The position numbers and the translations under genes were made by a program. Below are positions 1 through 14,702 of a stretch of DNA of 64,000 nucleotides, in pieces (the stretch's first letter is position 1; every line of letters starts with the position of its first letter). Where the stretch lies: positions 77,438,001-77,502,000 of the forward strand of contig OZ024742.1 of the NCBI GenBank assembly GCA_964016885.1, given 5' to 3'. Under the pieces are notes generated by a model, which saw only the letters and a program-made list of their open reading frames with translations, did no database searches and was not told where the DNA came from. This DNA is from Eledone cirrhosa. Lineage: Eukaryota.

Positions 1-1670
1 CTGCAATTTATATTCTGCCTGCTGTCGGTAAACTAGTGCATTAGATTTGCCCCCCAGGACCATCCAACATTTATGTAGTGTCGATAATAAAAAAAAATCT
101 ATTTCAGAAATATATACTACTCAACACAGATATACGAAATTATCTTATTTTTATTATTATATATATAATAATTTTCTCGATTCTAAAACCGATACTATAT
201 ATAAGTATATATAATATTGAATTTTTGGAATAAAAAAAATGTATGATATAATTATAATAAAAGAAATTAGATTTCAGAATAACAGAAATATCTTTATATG
301 TCGCAAGTAAAGGATGTATTTTTATTTTCTCTATTATCTTAAAAATTGTTGAAATTAGATAGGAATCAAAAAAAAGAAAATGTTATCTAGATTTCATAGC
401 GAGATTCGAAAATAGTAAATAAAGATGTTTAAAGCCAAGTAGCTTTCAAAGTACCACGGGGGAATAAAGATACGTTATTTTTAAAGAGAAATGAACAGCA
501 TATATAGATTTTTTTTTCAGAACATAATATGATTTCAGCAGAAAAGTGACAATCAAAACAAAATATAACTGGAGATGGGACTTAGAATGGTATCATTAAA
601 TATAAAAACCAAATCTAAGAATAATTGGTTTTAGAATTACAGATGGAATACTATATATGTATATCTCCACTTATTTAAATTCTCTTAAATATTTCTATAG
701 AGAATGTGAATGTTTTGTAACATAGAAACAAAGCAATATCATTAGAATTTAGATAACATGAACCGTAAAGACATGCATTTCGAATAATAGAAAAAAACAT
801 TTTCCACTTTCACTGATCCTCTTTCTATTCTATTTCGGAATATGAGTTACATTGTAACTTTCATTGATTGAAAACTCCAGTCCTTTCCAGATAATTACCT
901 AAAATTTGATATCATAATATACTGCGCTAATGATACGAGCACAAATATAAATGTATATTATTAGAGGACACGTAAATGTTTGAAGTTAGTTAAGCATGTA
1001 TGTATTCTATGTATATTATATTATATTGCTTTCGTTATTTGATATCTCTCTATAAAGAGGGAGTTATTTTCTAACAAAGGAAAAACATTATAGTTGGTAT
1101 GTTGATAACAATATCGAACATATTTATGGTTCCGTTTACATATTTTATTTTGCAAATTGTGTTTGATGATCAGTTTCTATGCATGAGAAGCAATATACAA
1201 GTTCATTAACTGGCAATGTCAACTAATATTTAGAAATACAAATATGGATTTATAATCTCGTAAGGGAAACGATAGGTTTTAGAAATAGCTCGCCATAAAT
1301 ATGTTCTTTCTGACTGTGTTTTGAAGAAATACTTACATCTGTAAAACAGCCATCATCTATAACTGCATATAATTTTTCTTCTCTTAAATTTTCTGTCTGA
1401 AAGGCAAAATAGTATCACTTGTGTTGAATCACCTTTTCTTGTGTTGAATCACCTTTTCTTGTGTTGAAATATATATATTTATCAACATAAATATGTATAA
1501 CTTTCTCAGTTCAATCTTTTGTTTGCATAAAGTATTGTATTTTGCTTTTGTCACTTGGTAGATAATTCTTCAATGATATTTGTTGAAAGAGATGGATCTC
1601 ACGTGTAATGCCTTCAGTGGAAATTAGATTGAATGAAGGTGGCCGTATATTTTAATGCACATAAAGATAA

Positions 1671-1877
1671 CTAAATCCTGCACTTCAAATGTCCATACAA
1701 GATAAGTCTCATGAGTCCAAGAGAGGCTGCGCTCCCAGTAATTAGCTTCACCTTATGCTTAACATTTGACAGGGGGCATATGCTGTGATTCACTACAGGG
1801 CTCTTTTGAGATATGCTATATAGTTGTTGTTTGATTGTATGGAGCCTATTCGTTATTATTTTTGAAAAGTATTTCAT
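1671..1877 (-). pseudogene. Possible highly decayed non-LTR RT fragment
   Basis: KYFSKIITNRL...SQ resembles the KIFxKIlxxRL...Q motif of early LINE RT domains; no other motif was recovered. Confidence 0.25.
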
Positions 1878-2859
1878 TAATAATTTCTTCTCTGTTTAAG
1901 TTTGTTAACAAATTTATCATTATATTAACACGTGACATTAAAAGATCACCTGAAGAATTATTATTTTATTAGTGTCTTGGATAGAGCCTGCAGTTTCACT
2001 ACTTCCAAGACCCTATGTTTTATAATATAGAGAGAGACGTCTTCTGCTATAGGCAATTTGCGCAATGTGAAATCATTAATTTAAATGTATTGAATTTTTG
2101 TTATAATGAGGAAGCTGTACTCGGAAAATAAACAACAATTAGAGGTTGAAATGTGGATATGTATATATATATATGTGTGTGTCTGTATATAAATATGTAT
2201 CTATATAAATGCATTCGTGTCTGTACGTTCTTCTGTTGTATTATTCAGATTGCGCTCCTCTATTGAAAGAGCCGCTCTCCAGCCTAGAGGCAAGGTTTAA
2301 TATTTGGAATTTAGACAATGTTAATTAATAAGTTATGTATGTGTGTAACTTCAGGCATCTATACGCGAGTAAATAAAATGTTCAGGCGAAACACATAGTG
2401 TATCTTTTAAGGGTATATCCATGCAAAATAGAAATGACAAAATTCTCACACTCTGGACTGCATGAAGTGTCCCGACAAACACAGTAGAACCACAAGAAAT
2501 GATCAACCGGCCTCATATGGAGGAAAGAGAGGAGTAACACACTTATATACACGTTATATATAAACATTTATGTTAAGGCGAAAAGTTGAGTCTTGTTATT
2601 CAAGCATTTCGCCTGTTTACCTGTGATACAGGCAAAACTACAGAGTAACAAGACTCATTTTCTGGACGTAATATAAATCTATATCCAACCAAAGCTCTGT
2701 GATTGTGTGCTTGTCTGTAATTTACTACAGCCAAAATGAAGCATAAGGGGAAACGATTTTGAAAGGAAGTTGACTCTGAAATAGGAATACAAATGGAATA
2801 AAATTTTAAGAGAGGGCTCATTTACGTAAAAGCACACCTGTAAACTGAAGCAACGTGAA

Positions 2860-2960
2860 AAAATGTGTCTTGCTTAAGGACACAACGAATTGCCTGGTCC
2901 TGGAATCGAACTCCCAGCCTCACATTTGCAATCCCAATGATTTAACCAGTAAGCCATGCG
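2860..2960 (-). mobile_element. tRNA-derived SINE 5' head
   Basis: Reverse complement gives the A-box TGGCTTACTGG and the B-box GTTCGATTCC, followed by GTTGTGTCCTTAAGCAAGACAC. Confidence 0.7.
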
Positions 2961-4300
2961 AATTTTATTCTCACGCGCATTTCGACACACCCACATTTAC
3001 CGAATAATAGACAAATTAATACATATAGTATATAGTTATGTAACGTTGGGTGCATATGTTTGTATAAGAATGCATATGAGTATAAAGTTAGAAAATCCAT
3101 TATGTAAATTGATGTCAATGCAAATTTCTTTTGTAGTTAGTGCATTAGAAATTCCGGTCTCAGTGTTCTTTTCATAACGTCGCAGTCAGATTATTTATTC
3201 AAAGTACCTTTATGTATATATTGATTAAAACTATTTCTCTGTTTATATCTCTTCGTAAAAAAAAAAAAAAAGATAAACACATTTTACCTCATTTTAATTT
3301 GATTTATATTGTTCATGTAAAATTCACAGTTGCTTAATTTATATTTAGTAAAAGTTTTCGCTTGAAGAAATAACTTTCATCCGACAATAATAATTATATC
3401 ACAGGATTTTCATAGGAACTAATCAACGGACAATAGCTACAATATAAATTCATATCAGGTCTATGTTATTATCAAGATATTAATATAGTCAAATTCACAT
3501 TCTTTTGAATCCCATTTAAATTTGAATATCTTAAAGACATGCACACATGCACACTCATGCGCACACAGCATATACACACACGCACGCACTCACACACACA
3601 TCGCTACCTCTCTCTCTATATATATATGAATACATAAAGAGGCATTGATATATATAGAGAGTGAGATGGGGAGTCAGGGAGAGAGAAAAGCAAGAGTGAG
3701 ACAAAGATAGATAGTAGATATACAAATGAAAGAAAGGAACACTCAACACATTTGGAGGAGCTTATATTTATTTCCATTATGTAAAGAGACAATAATTCTT
3801 AAGAAAATAATGAAATTGAATGTTTAAAGAGATTATGACATTTAATGGGGCGCTGCAGTGTAAATAGTTTACAAGATTTAGAGAGTGTGTAAGAATGACA
3901 TTCGAATTTCCAATCTGCGGGAAGGTGAGAGAGGAAATTGGAAGTAGACAAAGAAAAAGATAGTAGAGAATGTAAAAAGGTGAAAGGTGAAAAGTTGTTT
4001 AGAACACTCAGTTATGTAGAGAATTAGTTAATTAAATACATTTTTGAAATAAGCGTTTGTATTAGCGAATGGCTTGTCTTGTTAAAACGTTCGAAAAATA
4101 ATGAATTAATAGGATGGAAAGAGAGTGCTTTGAAGAAATATTACGAGACTATTAACAGTTCAATGTCTTAACTAAATAAGTTCAAATGTTTAGAAAAGAA
4201 TAGTGTCCTTAAAATGGTTATCTACATTGTTACGGTTATTGTTACGGTTACTGATAACATTGTTATTATTCTTTAACATCATTCGATATATAATACATCA

Positions 4301-4362
<62 letters not shown>

Positions 4363-4597
4363 TGTTTTTGTTAGATGAAAAGAAAAAAAGGACAATTTAT
4401 ATGAAAACTTGTGACTAATATGTGAATATTATATTATAATAGTATTTTTGGCTGGATGAAGATTTCTTTTCATACTTCTTTAGGCATAATTGGAAACTAT
4501 AATGATTTCTATACAACTCAATATGTGTGAATAGAAGCATTTCTTGAAACAAAGAAAACCCCATTAATTTTATATATACATATGTACACACACACAT

Positions 4598-4660
<63 letters not shown>

Positions 4661-5163
4661 TAAACGGAATAGAAAATGCTGACAAATTGTTCACAGTGAA
4701 AAATAGTTTAATTAGGAATAAGTGATAATTAGTAATGGTATTGGTTAGTATTAAGTTTTGGTTTTAAGTTTTACTGGTTGCGCATTTCTAATGCTTTTCA
4801 AAAATAATTTTGAGATAGAGCGTCCGTGATGTTTGCTCTGATCTGATTAGTTTTGGGAATTCTACTGTTTTTATGTTAAAAAAGTGGCTCCAGCGGTATT
4901 AAAATAAGTTTTGCGCCAATTCGTGTTGCAAAAATTCTTGTGGTCAAAACAATTTTGATTGGTCGGTAGCTGTCATGTGAATGTAAAAAATTGATTTTGC
5001 GCCAAATGTAGGTTTGCGTCGGCTGACTGAGAGATAAGTCTTTCACAACAAATATGTATGTGTGTGTGTGTAGTAGTAGTAAAGAGGTTCGTTGTTGTGA
5101 TAATGGTCAGCAGGGATGTGTGTGCGAACCGCAGCCTGTTGACAGTTCAAATGCCTATTAAGA

Positions 5164-5226
<63 letters not shown>

Positions 5227-5336
5227 CAGGGTAATTCGTGGTAGAGGGATGGTCAGTAGGAATGTGTCTGTAAGTGTCTGGGGGATATTTTAACATGTTA
5301 AAAGATATTTTTTCAGCTCTTGTCTTATACGGAGAA

Positions 5337-5368
<32 letters not shown>

Positions 5369-5624
5369 CTCTTTGTATGTTAATGTACGCGTGTGTATGT
5401 GTGTGTATATATGTGTGTGTGTGTGTGTGAGAGAGAGTGTGTGTGTGTGGGGGGGATCAGTATTTATTTCTGTTAAAATGGTGTACATTATTCGATATTT
5501 TCAGTAAAATCGATTCTCTCAATAGAACATCAAAAAGCTTAATAATAAAAGGTGTGAAAATGATATATAGTATTCGCATAATACCGAGGTGTGTGTGAGT
5601 GTGTCCAGATTGTACGTAATGCAT

Positions 5625-6550
5625 CCTCATTAAGATCCATAACAAAAAAATAGAAACAGACATATACTACAAGCCCACAGACTCCAAGCAATATCTTCTT
5701 TTCAACTCTTGCCACCCTAGACACGTTAACATTAATATTCCCTACAACTTAGCCAAGAGAATCTGTACTATAGTCTCCAATAAAAACACCTGCTACTTAC
5801 GGCTATAAGAACTAAAGGACACACTCATAGGCAGGGACTACCCTGCATCACTAATTGACAATGGAATCCAACGTGCCCTAAAACTCAGTACCCAGGACCT
5901 TAGACACCCTAAAGTAAATCAACCGAAACTAAAAGCTCTTCCATACATCTCCACACACAACCCCCTCAACAATGAGGCCTTTGACACCATCCTCCAGAAC
6001 ATCCCTGTGTTGAAATAGGACCATAGAATGAACCAAATCCTACGAACACACAATATCATAAAGAGCAAAAGACAATGTAAGTCAATGAAAAACATCCTAA
6101 CACATGGAAAAGTACTGCCAACCACAACAACGAAACCCACAGTAAAAAAATGCGATAGACCCAACTGTGGCATTTGTATCAACCCAATAGAGGGTTCGGA
6201 ATTCTATTTCAAAGAAGCACAACGTTTTATAGTAAAACACAATTTCACATGCGCATCAGAAACATTTAATATATGTATTAACTTGCTCAGGTTGTCGAGA
6301 ACAATACATAGGCCAGATCAAAAACAGCTTCCGCCAACGCATGACTGTCCATAGATCCCAAATTAAAATACGGGAATACAGGAAAATACCACTGAGTGAA
6401 CACATTGATACCTGTGCCGCCCAAAATCATCCCAACTTCAGAATCTTTTCCCTCTATAAATTTTAAGATAATGCCACCCACACCCAGCGCATCAGCAAGG
6501 AATCTTACTTTATTAACAAATACGCACCCCGTCTAAACACTTCTCCCTAA
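5625..6550 (+). pseudogene. PLE RT thumb, Cys-rich linker and GIY-YIG endonuclease, disrupted
   Basis: IPYNLAKRICTIVS, YPASLIDNGI, KCDRPNCGIC, FTCASE, and after a frameshift IYVLTCSGCREQYIGQ; stops and frameshifts present. Confidence 0.85.
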
Positions 6551-6764
6551 GACGAACCCACAACATACACACGTCAACATACATACCTACATCAGCATAC
6601 ATCTCTACCCACATATAAACACAATGACATACGTAAACACACATGTTCTATGGTGCAACACAAATATACACAAATTTGCATACCTTTTGATGCCTATAGA
6701 TATAAACGTGCCGACACACACACATACATAAATGCACACATGCATTGCACACTGATAGGCACAT

Positions 6765-7030
6765 ACATATTTGTGCACAGGCATTCCAATACGGCAAGGC
6801 CTAATGAATTCCCCTTGCAGTACGTACAATCTGGACACACTCCAGATACATATTTGTGCACAGGTATACAATTTCTGGAGACACTCCAGATACATGTGTA
6901 CAATTTGTGCACAGGTATACAATTTGTGCACGGGTATACAATTTCTGGACACACTCCAGATACATATTTGTGCACAGGTATTCCAATACGGCAAGGCCTA
7001 ATGGATCCCCCTTGCAGTACGTACAATCAG
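6765..7030 (+). repeat. Tandem duplication of about 190 bp with internal TACAATTTGTGCACAGG subrepeats
   Basis: TTCCAATACGGCAAGGCCTAATG occurs at about 6784 and 6981. Confidence 0.8.
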
Positions 7031-7375
7031 GACACACTCACACACACCTTGGTTTTATGCCAATACTATATATCATTTCACACCTTTTATTATTAAGGTT
7101 TTTGATATTCTATTGAGAGAATCGATTTTACTGAAAATATCGAATAATGTACACCATTTTAACAGAAATAGATACTGATCCACCCACACACACACACATT
7201 CTCACACACACACACACACACACATATATACACACACACATACACACGCGTACATTAACATACAAAGAGACATACACACACACACACACTTCTCCGTATA
7301 AGACAAGAGCTGAAAAAATATCTTTTAACATGTTAAAATATCCCCCACACACTTACAGATACACTAACTTACAAA

Positions 7376-7456
<81 letters not shown>

Positions 7457-7564
7457 CTCAGTATAAGACAAGAGCTGAAAAAATATCTTTTAACATGTTA
7501 AAATATCCCCCACACACTTACAGACACATTCCTACTGACCATCCCTCTACCACGAATTACTCTG

Positions 7565-7659
<95 letters not shown>

Positions 7660-8017
7660 TCTTAATAGGCATTTGAACTGTCAACAGGCTGCGGTACGCA
7701 CACACATCCCTGCTGACCATTATCACAACAACGAACCTCTTTACTACTAAAACACACACACGCACACATATTTGTTGTGAAAGACTTATCTCTCAGTCAG
7801 CCGACACAAACTTACATTTGGCGCAAAATCAATTTTTTTCATTCAAATGACCTCTACCGACCAATCAAAATTGTTTTGACCACAAGAATTTTTGCAACAC
7901 GAATTGGCGCAAAGCTTATTTTAATACCGCTGGAGCCATTTTTTAACATAAAAACAGGTAGAATTCCCAAAACTAATCAGATCAGAGCAAACATCACGGA
8001 CGCTCTATCTCAAAATT

Positions 8018-8054
8018 ATTTTTGAAAAGCATTAGAAATGCGCAACCGGTAAAA
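8018..8054 (+). ncRNA. Variant hammerhead-like motif in the pLTR (mirror copy at about 4770-4805, minus strand)
   Basis: ttt-TTGAAAA-GCAT tagaa ATGC-GCAAC CG GTA-aaa; U3/A8 core and GCAA in place of GAAA. Confidence 0.4.
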
Positions 8055-8203
8055 CTTAAAACCAAAACTTAATACTAATCGATACTATTACTAATTATCA
8101 CACTTATTCCTAATTAAACTATTTTTCACTGTGAACAATTTGTCAGCATTTTCTATTCCGTTTACCAATACATCATAACTTGTGTGTTACACCTCTATTC
8201 TTT

Positions 8204-8288
<85 letters not shown>

Positions 8289-8289
8289 G

Positions 8290-8335
<46 letters not shown>

Positions 8336-9625
8336 GGAGGTGAGTTTTATTGTAGTACAATAAAGCAATGCAAATATCGGATAAGTAGCACTCTACAGTG
8401 TGTAGGACTGGAGTATAAATAATATAAGATCAAAAGATTGTTAAAATAGTTCCAAGTATTTCATTATGCGCATTTCAAAAACAAATATCGTCATGAGATG
8501 ATATCTGCGTTTTGAAATATCGTAAAACTAACCTTGAAAATTTGGAATCCATAAACTTTGAAGTTTCTGAGATTATGTCAAAACTTGGCATTGAAAAAAA
8601 GACCGAACCATTCCTCCCAAGAACTCCGAGGATAAATCTCAAGGATCATAAAAACAATTTTCGAACGGAACTACCTGTTAGACTAATCGCGCCCTCTAAA
8701 TCAGATCTGGGGTTGTTAGTGAAGCCATCTTCGATAGAACTATCCCACAAATTACTCTATTTCTAACTTAAATTTATGGTTTGGTACATCTAAAGTAATT
8801 AGCTGGTTCAACAACCTGAATAAGAAAAACAAACAAAAATTTATTCAATTTGATATTGCCAGCTACTATTCTTTTATTTCGCCTTCCCGTCTCAAAAATG
8901 CTCTATCTTTCGCTTTTAAATATTCTGACATCACCACAGTTGAACTTCACATCATTGTCACCGCAAAAAAAAAACATCTTAGAATTCAACAATGAATACT
9001 GGACTAGAGCTGATACCTCCAACAACTTTGATATCACAATGGGTGCATCCGATTCATCGCAATTGACTGATTTGATTGGTAACTTTATTTTGAATTCTTT
9101 GAATCGGAAAATTCTTCAACTTCGCGGCGGAATTTATCGTGACGATGGACTTTTTTACTATCTTATATTGCAATTTAGTTAACCTTAATATTATTAAGAA
9201 CAATATACGTGATCTCTTTAACAAACATAACCTAAAAATTGAATTTGATAACAACGTCAACTAGCTAACTTCTGAGATATATCCCTTAATCTTGACACTG
9301 GCCTTACCATAAAAACAATGAGAATCTAAATTATGGTAGTTTTAAATCTAACCACCCCACTAACATTAAAAATGCTATAGTTAGTAATATTGGAAAAAGA
9401 ATATCAGACCTATCATCTAATAAAAATATCTTTGATGCTAACGCCAATTACTATAATAATGCGCTTTCTAAAGCTGGTTATCCTGATAAAATTAAATACA
9501 GTAAAGAAACCAATCCTAGAAGATCTTACAGTAAAATAATTAATTATGATCATTCCAATAACTTAAATAAAAGACCTGGATACAAAAATATAATCTGGTA
9601 TAATGTTCATTTCTCTATTTATATT

Positions 9626-9750
9626 AATAATAATTGTTTCTACTTTTGGCACAAGGCCAGCAATTATTCCAGTATATTACTGGCACTTTATTTTATCGAC
9701 CCCGTAAGGATGAAAGGCAAAGTTAACCTCGACGGGATTTGAACTCAGAC
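9626..9750 (-). mobile_element. SINE (family 1), 5'-truncated, inserted in the PLE
   Basis: ggcacaaggccagc...gaccccgtaaggatgaaaggcaaag...gatttgaactcag, shared with the 9956, 11117 and 18102 copies; (AAT)n tail. Confidence 0.85.
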
Positions 9751-9955
9751 CATAAATTGACAATAATATTATTCCTAAATTATTCTTTAGGGCCTTAGAT
9801 AAATGCTTCCCTCCCTTACCTATCTATAGTAAAATATTTAACAAACATACAATAACATTTTCCTATTCCACCTCCTCCAACATCTCCAACATTATCTCTA
9901 AACACAACAATAAAATATTAAATACTAAATCACATCCTTCCAACACTGAATGTCA

Positions 9956-10140
9956 TAATAATTGTTTCTACGTCAGGCACAAGGCCAGCAATTATCCAGT
10001 GCATTACTGGTACTTTATTTTATTGACCCCGTAAGGATGAAAGGCAAAGTTAACTTCGGCGGGATTTGAACTCAGAATGGCAAGGGCCGTAACTCTATAC
10101 GTCAAAGCATGGCGTCCGACCCTCTCCCAATACTGCCAAT
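9956..10140 (-). mobile_element. SINE (family 1), near full length, inserted in the PLE
   Basis: Same body; B-box GAGTTCAAATCC on the minus strand. Confidence 0.85.
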
Positions 10141-11116
10141 AATATAAGCAGTAGTACTCCCGACGTCATTGTTAACTCTAGGCTAGATTCTGCAAACTCA
10201 AATACGACGCCAAACGTAACTTCGTCGATTGTTCATAATACCAATCTAAATCAGAAAACTATTATTCCTATCGTAAATAACTTCTCCAATCCAATTCCTC
10301 CTATAAATAACACTAGGTCACTTGTTAATAACTCTGTTAATCTCTCCAATCGCAATTGTAATTGCCCTATTAAAACTAAATGCCCTCTCAATAACCATTG
10401 TCTTGAAAGAAACTTAGTCTATGAATGTAAAGTTATAACTGATACCAATTCCTTTACCTATTTTGGTTCTACTTCCACTTCCTTCAAAGTGAGATTTTAT
10501 AACCACAATTCTTCTTTTAAATACCAACTTAAAAGAACTAACACGGCACTCTCAGAACTCATATGGTCCTTGAAAGACAAAACTATTAACTATAACATCT
10601 CTTGGACGAAGGTTTGTTCTGCCTCTCCCTATTTGAATGCCTCCGTATCTAGAACGTGGAATCTTTGTTTATCTGAGAAATTTACCATTATATCTAATTT
10701 AGATTCTATAATAAATAGACGCACTGATTTATTTTCTCTCTGCTTGCATAGAACATTCCATAAAGTATACAGCTAGTATCTAATACTTTAATAGTTTAAA
10801 ATCCTTTTTCTCAAAAGCTTATATATATTTCTTTAAAAATATACCCATCTTTCTACCCTATTTCAATATTATTTATTATACATTATATAATACTAGTTAC
10901 TCATTCTATATCCTTCCTCTTTATCACTTTCCTTTCTTCCTCTTTTCTTTCTTCTTTTTCTTTTTAATTTCTAACCTCTAAACTGTACTTTTTCTTCCTG
11001 ACTACTTCTCAATTCTTATTATTACTCACCACAACATATCCACTCTTCCATATTTCTTCATATCATGGGCCATACAAATTATTATTATCTTTTAAATACA
11101 TTATAGTATTACCTTT

Positions 11117-11289
11117 AATAATTGTTTCTACTTTAGGCACAAGGCCAGCAATTACCCAGTGCATTACTGGTACTTTATTTTATCGACCCCGTAAGGATGA
11201 AAGGCAAAGTGAACCTCAGCGAGATTTGAACTCAGATCGTAAAGTGACGTAACTTTGTTGGAAAGCATGGTGTCCGACCCTCTACCGAT
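11117..11289 (-). mobile_element. SINE (family 1)
   Basis: Same body and tail as the other copies. Confidence 0.85.
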
Positions 11290-11660
11290 ATATCTATCTC
11301 AGCAGCGCAACATCCTGATTTATGCTTCCACTGACTTTGATATTGCTTCTTTTTGTTATTCGTCTCCATTCCTTTCCGAGCTATGCCTATGGACTTCATT
11401 TCTCTTCTTCTAACCATTCATAGTATAAATTTGGCTGTTCTTACCTGCTCCGATTATTGTTCTCATTTTCAACAAGCATTTGCCTTGTATAGTAATCATT
11501 GTCTTCCGTTTGGTGTGTGAATTAGAGATGTTTTTCTTTAACTGAAAACTTTGTTTCAATAAGTATTACATATTTAAACTTCTTCTCATAATCTGTACCT
11601 TATCTTCTTCGCCAACGACATTTGGCCACCATCTTTCATCGAAATCATATACATGCATTA
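11290..11660 (-). pseudogene. Probable decayed RTE-type LINE 3' end
   Basis: Minus-strand peptides RWWPNVVGEED and RREMKSIG resemble an RTE C-terminus; many stops. Confidence 0.35.
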
Positions 11661-12186
11661 ACAATGATTAGTTTTGAATTGAGAACCAGTTTATAAATAT
11701 GCAAGTTTTCATATCATTTTGGGGAAGAATTATATACATATGTAGATAAGGGTAAATATGAAATATATGGAAAATAAAATAAACCTAAAGTCAAATTCCA
11801 ATATCATTATTCAATGCATATTAATAAATAAGTAGCATAAACTCAGAACATTCTATAGAAACGAATGCCCCCACACTAATATCACTAGAAGGATGTAGAA
11901 ACAGTGAATAAGACAATCTGTGTACAAAGTGACATTATCATATATCACTAATCACTGATCATATAACTCATCAGTTCTCCAGGGCGCTATCATTAAATAC
12001 AATGTGTTATTTCAAGCCTGTCGTATATACAATCTAAAATTGATAATATCTTGATAAGTAATGAGAGCTCAGAGTCGATGGCTAAAATTGACGCTGAATC
12101 TAGATCATATTACATATTCTTCTGTTGATCTTATGCAGGTTGAATCGCACCGAACCCACACGCAATCACACACACATACACATATA

Positions 12187-12315
<129 letters not shown>

Positions 12316-12442
12316 CTGAGTGTGTTTATATCTTCATCGTGGAACTTATTCCAGCACCAGAGCTTGCATTTCATTATACATCTAATGCACATTCGCTGAG
12401 ACCAAATACGCATTCAAACGCAAGTGTGCCCGAAGACATATG

Positions 12443-12489
<47 letters not shown>

Positions 12490-12689
12490 TAGAGTAATGA
12501 GAATAAATCATCGAAAGCATATCTGTTAAAACAACAAAAAGCCTTCAATGTCAGCGTCGGGTAAAATTTACCTAATACGTCCGGGACTAGAAGCGTTTTA
12601 GCCTACAGAGGTGATAGTGGAAAAGGAGCAAGGGAAGAAAATGAACGTGACAAGATTATACAAATAGCATTTTTTTTCACCTCTTCAGC

Positions 12690-13500
12690 TCTCAAACTGA
12701 CTGAATTTTCGCACCATTTAGTTTGAGAAGATTATATAAGATAGCTGGTTCATACACCCTCTACTGGTAGTATGTATCCGTGACAAAATAAACAAATTAT
12801 ATAAACGGAGAGATAGATCATAGAGATGGAAATAAAATTCGTCCTCTCTACCAATTTGCCGATGGACAGGACAGCAAATGCCCTGACGCTGAGGAAGTGA
12901 CAAGCAAGTGTGATGGAAAAAACAAAGAAAAGGAAAAGAAATATACAGCAAGAATGAGAAGGGAAGAGGTGGGAGTGGGAGGGATAAGCGCAAAGGAAGA
13001 ATGAAGGGAGAGAAAAAAAAGAAGGAAAGAGCCAGCAAACACTGCGTGTGTATTCTAATGCACTCGATCTTCAAATCGACTTTGGGGAAAATTTGTTTAT
13101 ATTTTGATCACAGCTATAGGAGCTTTCTATGTTAAATATATACCATGGCCTGAGGTTCGTTGTCTATTTCGTCCCTTTTTTCTCTCTCTTCCTTTGTCTT
13201 TATCCACCCCAACAGCCCCCACCCCAGCCCCGTACTCTTCCCTTCTACTTCTTGCTCTTTTTTTTTCTTTTCTTCTCCCTTCTCCTACCTGCCGCTAATG
13301 GTTGTCACTTCCGCTTGCTTCCATTTCCGCAGCACCAGGGTTTTTCCTGTCCTTTCTAGCGGTGACTTGGTGGTGAGAGTACGCATTTTACTTCTCTCTC
13401 TCTCTTTGATCTATCTTTCTGTTTATTTCAGGGAACTCCTAGCCACTGATTTCTGTTCCCTTTGGGGTTAATTTTACGGCATTTTGCTGTTTTAACATAT
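12690..13500. repeat. Old, diverged inverted pair (about 12810-13045 vs 13170-13420)
   Basis: gatagatca...taaaat.cgt.ctctc...gacag.aaa..ccctg..gctg.ggaa is present on both strands. Confidence 0.6.
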
Positions 13501-13578
13501 ATTCTTGCGATGAGTTTTTCTCATTATTCTACGAATTCTAATACATTCACCCTTCAAGTCAACCTTCTAAATAACTGT

Positions 13579-13635
<57 letters not shown>

Positions 13636-13719
13636 GTAAAAATTAGAACAGGGACAAAACAGAGAGGCAGTACAATAAATGTCTATTAATTTCACGCTCA
13701 GGAGAGTGGGGGGTAGGTG

Positions 13720-13760
13720 GGGGACGACGTTTCGGGCATAAGCCCTTCCTCAGGTGAGAA
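13720..13760 (-). ncRNA. Minimal type I hammerhead ribozyme in a solo pLTR-like fragment (about 13635-14290)
   Basis: Minus strand CTGAGGA-A-GGGC ttat GCCC-GAAACGTC; stem I weak. Confidence 0.7.
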
Positions 13761-14290
13761 GTGTGTGGGAACAGAGTTCAAAAGGTGTGTAGGGGAGTGG
13801 TGGAGAGACATATAGCGAAAGGAAACGGTGCGAATGAAAAAAAACAAATAAAGATAAAAAATAAAAATAAAGCATGATCAAAATACAAGGAATGAGAAAA
13901 TTTAAAAATAAATGCATGATCAAAATAAACTGAAATTAAAAGGGGGGTAAACAGGTGGTGGAAGGGTGTGGGGTGAGTAGGGGTGGTGGCGGGTGTAGTG
14001 GGGAGAGGGAGACGGAGTGTCCGAGCGGGGAGGGCTGAAGGTGGTGTGTGTGTGTAGGTGTGCGTGTGTGTGTATGTGTGTGTGTATGTGAAAGTAAGGG
14101 TTGGGGGAAGAACGGGGTTGCATGTTCAGGAAGAGGTGTGTGTGGGGGGCTTTTTGTTGGTCGGAGTGTCTGTGCGTGTGTGGATAGGGGGGTGGGGGGA
14201 GAGGAATCAGGAGGCTGAGGATGTAAATATGTGGTGGGAAGCACGTGTGTGTGGGGTTTAAGCGTGTTGTGGGTATGGGTGGCGTGTGGA

Positions 14291-14333
<43 letters not shown>

Positions 14334-14634
14334 CTTGCATGAGTATCTTCACTTTATGTTTATTACTGATTATTGGTATTATTAAATGGAGATGAAATAG
14401 CACAACCTATCTTTATACCGAGTCACCCCAGATTATTGATACTGTAATGAACATAGATTTTGGTGTACACGTAAAATTATTAATATAATAAATGGAATCC
14501 ACAAGAACTACTTAGATCAGAGTATCTATATTTTATCTTTAGAATATATAATTAAAATGTGCGCACTTGAACTTACATTCACAATCTAAAGTTTGTAAGT
14601 AATTCATCAAATAGTATATGATGACTTCATCCAC

Positions 14635-14702
<68 letters not shown>

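Larger units (their letters stand above)
4657..8170 (+). mobile_element. 5'-truncated Penelope-like element (Neptune-like) with an inverted arm: 4657-5623 is the reverse complement of 7013-8170
   Basis: About 1 kb inverted repeat flanked by (TA)n on both sides and enclosing a PLE C-terminus. Confidence 0.85.
8490..10776 (+). pseudogene. Penelope-like element (Naiad-like) RT + GIY-YIG, frameshifted, with SINE insertions
   Basis: LKDHK..F...PVRLIAPSKSD, FDITMGASDSSQLTDLIG, GIYRDDGL, CNCPIKTKCPLNNHC, YFGST..FKVRFYNH, NLCLSEK, CLH. Confidence 0.9.

Noticed and set aside
1419-1468. 20 bp tandem repeat x2.5
   Set aside because: Ordinary slippage duplication
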